Shown one piece after another: positions 54,302-64,000 of a stretch of DNA of 64,000 nucleotides. The position numbers were made by a program, and so were the translations under genes. Source of the DNA: Octopus vulgaris (Eukaryota); NCBI GenBank assembly GCA_951406725.2, contig OX597834.1, forward strand, positions 2,976,001-3,040,000, written 5' to 3'. The stretch's first letter is position 1; each line of letters starts with the position of its first letter. A model generated the notes under the pieces. The model saw only the letters and a program-made list of their open reading frames with translations. It was not told the origin of the DNA and made no database searches.

Positions 54302-56567
54302 TACATGCATACACACATGCATGCATACGCACATACATACACACACATTCACACATACTATCATACACATACATTCACATATACATACACACATACATAC
54401 ATATATACATACATACATACAGACACGCATACATCCGCACATACATACAGACTCGTGTACATACATCCGCACACAAATGCATATATATATATATACACAC
54501 ACACATATACATATACACTACACGCATATATATACACTACACGCATTCTTACCCAGCTACGTGTATGTAGGTGTATAGGTAAGTAGGGAGATAGGTAGAT
54601 ATCTACCTCCCTTTTTACCTACCCACCCACCTATCTACCATTTTATTTGCTTAATTAATTCATCAACCTACCTTTATTAACAAAACACTTCATTATTTTA
54701 ACTTTTCACCAATTTCATGTGTGGCTGACTTTATTGGAGTTATCTCCCATGGTTGTTGTTTTGGTATATTTTACGAGACCCTTAGATGGAGTTTTTGCTT
54801 ACTAATTGCGGGGATATCAGACACTTGCTTTTGTACTAACTGTATTACGTATGTGAAACGCAACACTATACCTACCTACCAACCGACCGACCGACCTACC
54901 AACCGACCGACCTACCTACCTACCTACCTACCTACCTACCTACCTACCTACCTACCTACCTACCAACCGACCGACCTACCTATATCCGTATCGATACATC
55001 TAATTACCTATCCCTCTCTTTCACTTTTCTCTCCCCCTCTCTCTCTCTCTCTCTTTCTCTCGCGATACGTAAACTTATTGATCCACATAACATTGCTGCA
55101 TAATGTTAAACATTTCAATTATGTCGTCGATTTTCTTCCATACTTATGCTTCTTGAAGGCATCAGCACACGAAATTGATTCATTGTGTTAAAAATTGTTC
55201 ATTATGTCCCCGATGTTCTTCCTTAGTTTAGCTTGTCTTACAACATCGAAACTGGTTCATCTCATTAAACGGTTTCATTTCATTAATATCTTCATTGTGT
55301 CGCCGATTCCTTTCCATAGCTGCTAATCTTTTAGGAACCCTCGAAGTTAGTTCACTATGTTTAAAGCCTCCGTTATATTTCCGATTTCCTTCCATAGTTA
55401 ACCCTTTCCCTGTCCCCAACATCACATATTATTGCACAGGACGTTTTCCCCGGGCGTCCAGGCATCAGATACAACACACATTCTCGGTTTTTCTCTTTCA
55501 ACCAACAGAGTTACTTGGGACTTATGAAAGGAAAACTCTCTTTTACTCAGAACGTAAAAGTCTGAAAACAACCAGGGTCGTTCAGGACATATTTATTAAA
55601 TGCTTTGGACCGGCAAAATCGAGCTTGATGATTAAGGACCTCTTTCTAGAAATTTCAATTATTTCCCTTATTTCCTTCCGTAGTTCAAACGCAACATCCG
55701 ACCATAGTGACAAACTTCATATTAGAGAAGCAGAGATACAGAGACGGTGAGAGGCGGGAAAGGGGTCATAGAATGGGCTTTTCTGGTTATTAAATAAATT
55801 TTATTGATTACAATAAATAATATTTATTAAAATGAAGTCGTTCAACATTTTTTTTATCATTTATTAAAACAAGTTACATTTATTAAAATCGATTACATTT
55901 ATTCCAGTGAGTTTTATTTATCGAAATGACTTTTATTCGTTAAAATGTTTTAGATATCAAAATGAATTTTATTTAATAAAAACAATTTTATCTCTTAAAG
56001 ACGTTTATAAAAAGATAAATACACGGCTACAAAGAGAGAGAGGAAGACAGAGAGAGAGGGAGACACAGAGAGAGGGGGAGAGAGAAGAATAAACATACAT
56101 ATATTTGTGCATGTGGGTATATATATATATATATATATATATATACGCATATTAAAATATCTCATCCATATTTGTAAATTACTATAAACTATATCGTATC
56201 AGTTAATATTAATATTTCACATAGTCTATAAGAAAGTTCAGTGAATATTTCGCTCTGAATATTAATTTTAAAATTTTAAATATTCTTGCAAGTTATCATG
56301 ATGAAAAACGCCATGGCTTGTTCACGTCCGCCATTGAAATCACATATGCACACACAGAGAAACGTCCGTTATATTCGCCTGAAAATTTGTTTTTATTATA
56401 GTATTTCACATAGTGTAAAATGTGAAAATGTAGTTTAATAGTGGAATATGTATAATGTGTATCAGTGACCCGCTATTGTAATATGGGAGATGAAATCTTT
56501 TGTGATTTTTATAGGATAAAAAACATCTAACGACAATTAAAATGGAATATGTAATGACCTCTTTGAG

Positions 56568-56620
<53 letters not shown>

Positions 56621-56654
56621 GTGTATGTGAGTGTGTATGTGCGCGCGCATATTC

Positions 56655-56805
56655 TTTAGTTTTTTTATGTTTCAGTTACTTGACTGAGGCCATGCTGGAG
56701 CACCGCTTTGGAGGGTTTTAGTAGAACAAATTGATCCCAAGACTTTTTAAAGTCTGGTACTTTTTTTACCGAGTTACGTGGACGTAAACACACCAACACC
56801 GATTG

Positions 56806-56806
<1 letters not shown>
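56655..56806 (-). mobile_element. SINE family A, 3' half
   Basis: TGTTTCAGTTACTTGACTGAGGCCATGCTGGAGCACCGC...GGACGTAAACACACCAACACCGATTGTCA. Confidence 0.75.
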
Positions 56807-56862
<56 letters not shown>

Positions 56863-56869
56863 CTCTCTA

Positions 56870-56944
<75 letters not shown>

Positions 56945-57627
56945 GACGCTGAACGTACACTGCAACAGAAAGAATTGGAGTGAGAGATGGAGAGAGAGTG
57001 ATAGAGTGAGATATAAGGGTATAAATAGAGGGGAAAACGGAATATATTCACTGAGCAGACAACACTGTGTCTGGAGAATAGGGCCCTCTTTAAAGTAAAC
57101 GAAACAATATGTTAAATCTGTCTGTTGTAAAAGATGTGTCATGGTAGGTATAATGCTTTTTTTTTTTTAATGAGATTTAATTTCTTTGAAGCAGATTATT
57201 GTAAAGCTACGAAGGACGAGTTCAAGGCTGTCCCTGCTCTCTGGTCATCGTAGGTCATTTCCTCTTGCCAAGCTGCAATAAACGATGTTATTTAACGGAA
57301 TCTCAACGCCACCGGTTTATCGTCTCATGTGGAACCTCTTGGCCTTGGTCGCTCCGATGCCAGACATCCGGATGGAATGAACCTTTAGCGTTTGATGTAA
57401 TTGTTGTTGAGAGAGATATCAGGTCACAAGGTTTCGTTTGATGAAAACATTAAGTTTACACAAATAACAATGTAAGAAAATAAGAGATATCTTCAACATC
57501 AATTAATTAATAACGCTAATTGTTTAATAGCTGGATGTAACGAAACCAAGGAATAATGAAATATCGAGTTTGAGGATAACACAAATAGGAAATGTGAATA
57601 AATTAATTTTTGTCATAATGATGTCAA

Positions 57628-57820
57628 AGTTTGGCACAAGGCCAGCAATTTCGGAGGTGGGGGCAAAGTCGATTACAGCGACCCCTGGTGTTCAACTGGT
57701 ACTTAATTTATCGAACCCGAAAGGATGAAAAGCAAAGTCGACCTGGGCGGAATTTGAACTCAGTGGGTAAAGACGGACGAAATACCGCTGAGTATTCTTC
57801 CCGGCCGCCATCTCACCGCC
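57628..57820 (-). mobile_element. SINE family B
   Basis: CTGGTACTTAATTTATCGAACCCGAAAGGATGAAAAGCAAAGTCGACCTGGGCGGAATTTGAACTCAG. Confidence 0.75.
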
Positions 57821-59567
57821 TTAGTGTTTGTCGTAATATTGTATGGCGTTGCGACGAGAAGTGTGAATAGGTGTGTGTATAAATGAGTGAACTGTGTGTT
57901 TTATGTGAGAAGTTCTTAATCCACTTTTGTGTTTGTGTCATATGACAAACTCAGAAGATATAGCTTAGTATAGAGGTAGATGGATATTAAAGAATGTGAG
58001 GTAAGAGAATGTTTTGATGCCATAGCGCGAGGCAAGGTCTTTGCTATCGTTAAGAAATCTTCAGTGAGAAATCTATTGCATCCTCTTTATTGTTCTTGAA
58101 TCTCTATATTTCTGAGGATGCTAAAACTAAGTCCGTCTTCCTGGTGTCTGCCGACGTCCATTACAGCTGCGACAAAATATGATTGGCTGCAATATATGTC
58201 AGGAGGTGTGTTGTCAGCTGAGTGATTGTTTTATCGATGGTTGTGATGTTAACCAAACGAGGATTCAAATTCGAACAAAGTTGTTGTAAGATCGAATCTG
58301 AGTTGCGATCTGCTACACACCTTTTACCTGTTCACCGAATTACTCATCTCCTGTGCCAACCTCGGCATTTCAGTCTTAAGTCCGGGAGCTTGTTTGCTTG
58401 TTATGAAAATGGCCAGAAGATGACCATGTACGGTACGAGGCAACAACAAGCAAATCCCTTTCCCCATCAGGCACTGCTGAGGTTTCCGCTATCCTCGGTC
58501 CTCGGACTTCCGTTCTCCTCTGTTAAATTTGGTTGGAAATGTCACGCCTAAGGAAAGAACCTTGTGAGACAGAATCTTCACTAGAACACTTTTGCAATGC
58601 AATCTGCAAGACTCACACACAAGAAAATTTGTAAAAAGGTTTGGAATGATTTTTTTTCTGAACATTGAAACTCGAAGCAGACAAAGCTATAAATAATAGC
58701 GTGAAAACGTTGGGTTTAAAAATCTCCTTCGGGCAGGAAAATTTGAAAGCTGCTCGTCTCACGTTCATTTTGAAGTTTGTAAATTATTATGACGTCCAAA
58801 TGCAATTCTTGCTGGTAAGAATAAAATTTCTAGTATAGAGAAAGAAATTCGAACAAATACTTTGGTCTAAAGGTAGAACATCTATCATGCTTACAGACGA
58901 TATGGGTTCGCGTCCCACGGCAATCCTTCGACACATTCTATCCAAAGAGGTTTTAAATCAATATTTACTCTTTTTATTTGCTGCGAGTTTCAATATTCCA
59001 AAAACAAATTATTTCACGTTCATCTCGAAGTTTCTTTTGACGTAAAAAGGTTTATTTCGGTATATTCTTTAAAATAATTTAGGCAAGAAACAGTCAATAT
59101 TTAATGTCGGTTCCTTGTTGATGGTGCTGGGTCGTACAACCATTAATCTTGTAATCAATAAAATTCTTTCGTTTTTTTAAAATTTGTTTTGCAAGAATTT
59201 TGATCTGGAATTGTGCGTGGAAACCAATATTGTTATATTTTGGAAAGAAAAAAAACACATTATTAAAACTTAGAAACGCACTCACCACTCGTTCTGTGTC
59301 GGTGTTTATTCTTTTTCTTTCTTTTTCTTTTTTTCTCCCATTTTTTCTTCCTTTTTTGTTTGTCTGTTTGTTTTAACAACGTGACGAAAATGAAAATAGA
59401 CAAACATTAGCCAGCGAGTGTATTTATGGGGTTTAATAAGATTCTTCGAAAATATATCAATGTAACACCCAATAAGTCTACGTGTCGAAGGAAAAGCAAG
59501 CATTTCTGTCAAAATTACATCATCGACCCACTCCGTAGTTACCCAACATGCTAGAAATAATAACCAA

Positions 59568-59721
59568 ATTTCCATCAAATCACTATCGCCTTCGGACATA
59601 TTAGGCCTGCTTTGTCTTGGAGTCACACACATACATACACACATTCATACATACATACATACATACATACATACATACATACATACATACACACACACAC
59701 ATACATACATACATACATACA

Positions 59722-59755
<34 letters not shown>

Positions 59756-59855
59756 CATACATACACACATACACACATACATACATACATACATACATAC
59801 ATACATACATACACACACACACATACATACATACATACATACATACATACATACA

Positions 59856-59889
<34 letters not shown>

Positions 59890-60300
59890 CATACATACAC
59901 ACATACACACATACATACATGCATACATACATACACACACACACACATACATACATACATACATATTTCCATCAAATCCCTATCGCCTTCGGACATATTA
60001 GGCCTGCTTTGTCTTGGAGTCACACACATACATACACACATTCATACATACATACATACATACATACATACATACATACACACATTCATACATACATACA
60101 TACATACATACATACACACATACACACATACATACATACATACATACATACATACATACATACATACATACATACATACATACACACACACACATACATA
60201 CATACATACATACATACATACATACATACACACATACACACATACATACATACATACATACATACATACATACATACATACATACATACATACATACATG
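59568..60300 (+). repeat. Tandem duplication of a unique segment of about 60 bp plus (TACA)n, period about 397 bp
   Basis: ATTTCCATCAAATC.CTATCGCCTTCGGACATATTAGGCCTGCTTTGTCTTGGAGTCACACACATACATACACACATTCAT occurs at 59568 and 59965. Confidence 0.9.
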
Positions 60301-60314
60301 CATGCATATGCATA

Positions 60315-60654
60315 TGGATATGTAGCACATTGCCTAAATACCAGTCTTCTTAAAACCATAAAGAAGAAAGCTAATTCGGAGACTACAAGATCTAAATCAT
60401 CACTGGAACCGCAAAAATCTGTAAAACTTTTCAGAAGTTTATCATTGAACTATATATGAGCATGTCTAGACATGCAACTATATGCATGAGAAGACAGACA
60501 TAAAACAAAACATGCAAATCTGCACATAAACATACATTCATACAAAAATACTTTGTTGCTGATATTGAAATTCAAATGAAAGAACCTTGGATCTGGGTTA
60601 GAAACCAGCTCTTTCTCTATTGGCAAGAAATATTGAAATACGACTGAACAACGA
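60315..60654 (+). mobile_element. Third 5'-truncated copy of the (TACA)n-associated RLE LINE
   Basis: Aligns by eye to 49192-49410 and 49788-49884, and has only a short internal TACA tract. Confidence 0.75.
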
Positions 60655-61137
60655 CACACATACGAAAGTATGTACCGTCATAGAGGTCAGCTGTCCTACT
60701 GATGTGAATATCTCTTGGAAAATCAAAGAGATAACTATGGACAACTACGCTCCAAAACTTCCAGCTGCTCTCTCCGGGTTATAAATTTACATATATATCA
60801 AAGGTTTTGTAAGTAAATGCTTAACAGTTGGTCTGGATAAGCTTGGATTTTTCAGAAAAAGAAATCAACCAACTGATTCGTACATTACAAATACAATCTG
60901 TAAGCGGAACAGTAATGCTATACAAGACTTTTCTAAAGTTTAAAATGTGACATTGTTTTCGTTAGCAACATTCCAGCGATGTGTCTTTGCATCGTTGTTA
61001 GAGGCCAGCTCCTACATCAAAGGAAGAATTTAAATAATGAAAAACAGAAAGGAACATACACACACATATACACACACAGATACATACACATACATACATA
61101 TACATGGAAGCATACATACGCACACCCATACATACAC

Positions 61138-61185
<48 letters not shown>

Positions 61186-61194
61186 TTGTTCATA

Positions 61195-61355
61195 CGCAGA
61201 GGTTTCTACACAGTTGCTGTCCTATAAAATCCATTCAGAAAGCATTGGCCAACGCAACACGAGGCGATGTCGGAAGGCACTTCTTCAAGATGTCTCAGAA
61301 TGGGTACGAACCGGGAGACACCTGGGTGCAGAACCAAACTTCTGAACCGCTCACC
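61195..61355 (-). mobile_element. SINE family A, diverged 5' half
   Basis: GGTTTCTACACAGTTGCTGTCCTATAAAATCCATTCAGAAAGCATTGGCC...GCACTTCTTCAAGATG...GAACCGGGAGAC. Confidence 0.5.
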
Positions 61356-61997
61356 CATTATTCTCTAGTAGTAGCAGCAGTAGTAGTAGTAGTAGCTTTT
61401 GTTGTTGCTTTTCCCCAAGACGGCTCTGGTCTAGCAACCCTACAACTAAGGACGTTCAACTTGTGACCATCCCGCTTTTTTTCCATTTATTCAGACACGA
61501 TGGATCTAGGAGACATTATTTTAGCACTTTCTGGTGCATCGAGTGACCTCGTAGTGATTCCATCATCCAGCATTTATTGTTGTTGTTGTTGTTGTTGTTG
61601 TTGTTCTTCTTCTTCTTCTTCTTCTTCTTCTTCTTCTTCTTCTCCTTCTCCTTCTTCTTCTTCTTATTCTTATTCTTCTTCTTCTTCTTCTCCTTCTTCT
61701 TCTTCTCCTTCTTCTTCTTCTCCTTCTTCTTCTTCTTCTTCTTCTCCTTCTTCTTCTCCTCCTTCTTCTTCTTCTCCTTCTTCTTGTGTATGTTTGATTT
61801 GGCAACCCCATCAATGTTGAAAGAAGGACATCAATACTGGGCCAAAGGCCAGAACCATTGCGTGGTGGCGGGGGGTGGGGTCGGTAGTAGGGTTAGGGTT
61901 TCGGTGGGGATATTGCGGGTGGGGTGGGTATTGTTAATGGTGACGACGGAAGTGGTGTTGTTGGTGTTAGTGTGGAGGTGGTGGGTGGAAATGCTTT

Positions 61998-62030
<33 letters not shown>

Positions 62031-62596
62031 GAGGATGAGGAGTGGTGGTGGCGGTGGTGGAGTGATGGAGGGTAGTAAATCAGCAAAAATAAATGAGAAA
62101 AGTGGAGGGGAAGAGATTGACCCTATCACTTTCAGAACCCATCGCTATAGATGATGATGATGATGATGGCGGTGGTGGCGGTTGTGGTGGTGGTGGCGTA
62201 ACTACATATCAATTCATTATCAGGTGTGCGTGTATATTTTGTGTATATTTGTGTATATTTACGTATACATATATATATATATGTATGTATGCATAAATAT
62301 ATATGTATGTATGTGCCTGTATATATATGTAAATGTATGTATATATATATACTTTTATATATAAATATATATATGTATATATAAATATATATATGTATGT
62401 GTATATATATATATATATACACATAGTAGTAGTGGGAGGAGGAGGAGTGGCGGTGGTGGTGGTGGAGTGATGGAGGGTAGTAAATCAGCAAAGTGCATAT
62501 ATATATGTATGTATATATATGTATATATGTATATTTATATATATATATATGTAGCTAGCTACATAGATTGATAGATAGATAGATAGATAACATATA

Positions 62597-62645
<49 letters not shown>

Positions 62646-63004
62646 ACAAATATATCTCAACTGTCTCACTAACACCACATTATGCCTTTCAACATCAGCT
62701 CAACAGCATCACATCATCATCATCATCATCATCATCATCACCATCATCATCATCAAAAACAGCAGCAGCAGCAACAACAATGGAATAGGAACCGAAAAAG
62801 AAATATCAAAGATTTCAGCAGAAGAATGATGATTTGGCAGAAGAAGAACAAAAAACATTTTTTATATGTCGTTTTTTGAAAGGGATTCCATATCTGCGTG
62901 AAGCAGTCGTTAAATTTTACTAAACGAAAAATGGCCGCCCACAAAGCGTTCCACATTAATGGCGTCAGCTCAAAAAAAGAACTAGCGATGTCTGCCCATT
63001 TTTT

Positions 63005-63825
<821 letters not shown>

Positions 63826-64000
63826 CCTTCTGCAACCATCAGTGTATGTCAATGTAATTTTCTTTACGTAACTCAATGTGTTTCAAGATACACATGTACA
63901 CAAGCGTGTACAGACACAGACATATATAGATGTACATACATACATACACACACACACACATACACACACACTCACATATATTCACACTTACATTTACATG

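Noticed and set aside
58000-58560. Possible RTE-type endonuclease remnant on the minus strand
   Set aside because: Only a vague 'ADRNSD' resemblance to the SDH motif, which is insufficient.
61886-61902. TAGGGTTAGGGTT telomere-like motif
   Set aside because: Only two units within a G-rich low-complexity tract.

Overview
Eukaryotic, AT-rich, repeat-dominated genomic DNA with no supportable host protein-coding exon. It is most likely intergenic or intronic DNA from an octopus (cephalopod), inferred from the SINE families and the extreme microsatellite density. Almost every ORF in the supplied track is a translation of (TA)n, (TG)n, (TACA)n, (GATA)n, (TTA)n or (TTC)n microsatellites. The only real coding remnants are decayed retroelements: CR1/L2-type LINE endonuclease and RT pieces, an R4/Dong-type RLE LINE, 3' ends of a second RLE LINE sitting in (TACA)n, and two Penelope-like GIY-YIG fragments. 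There are also at least two abundant tRNA-headed SINE families, a non-autonomous Helitron and several MITEs. The main unexplained signal is a set of about ten short non-coding elements, mostly between (TA)n tracts, that carry type I hammerhead-ribozyme motifs (CUGANGA...GAAA-C-NNNN-G-UH). The conserved core is intact at 6683-6765(-), 19109-19200(+) and 29313-29400(+). Several of these elements also carry an inverted copy of the ribozyme's own 3' half and cleavage site, forming long foldbacks. All calls were made by eye, and boundaries of decayed elements are approximate.
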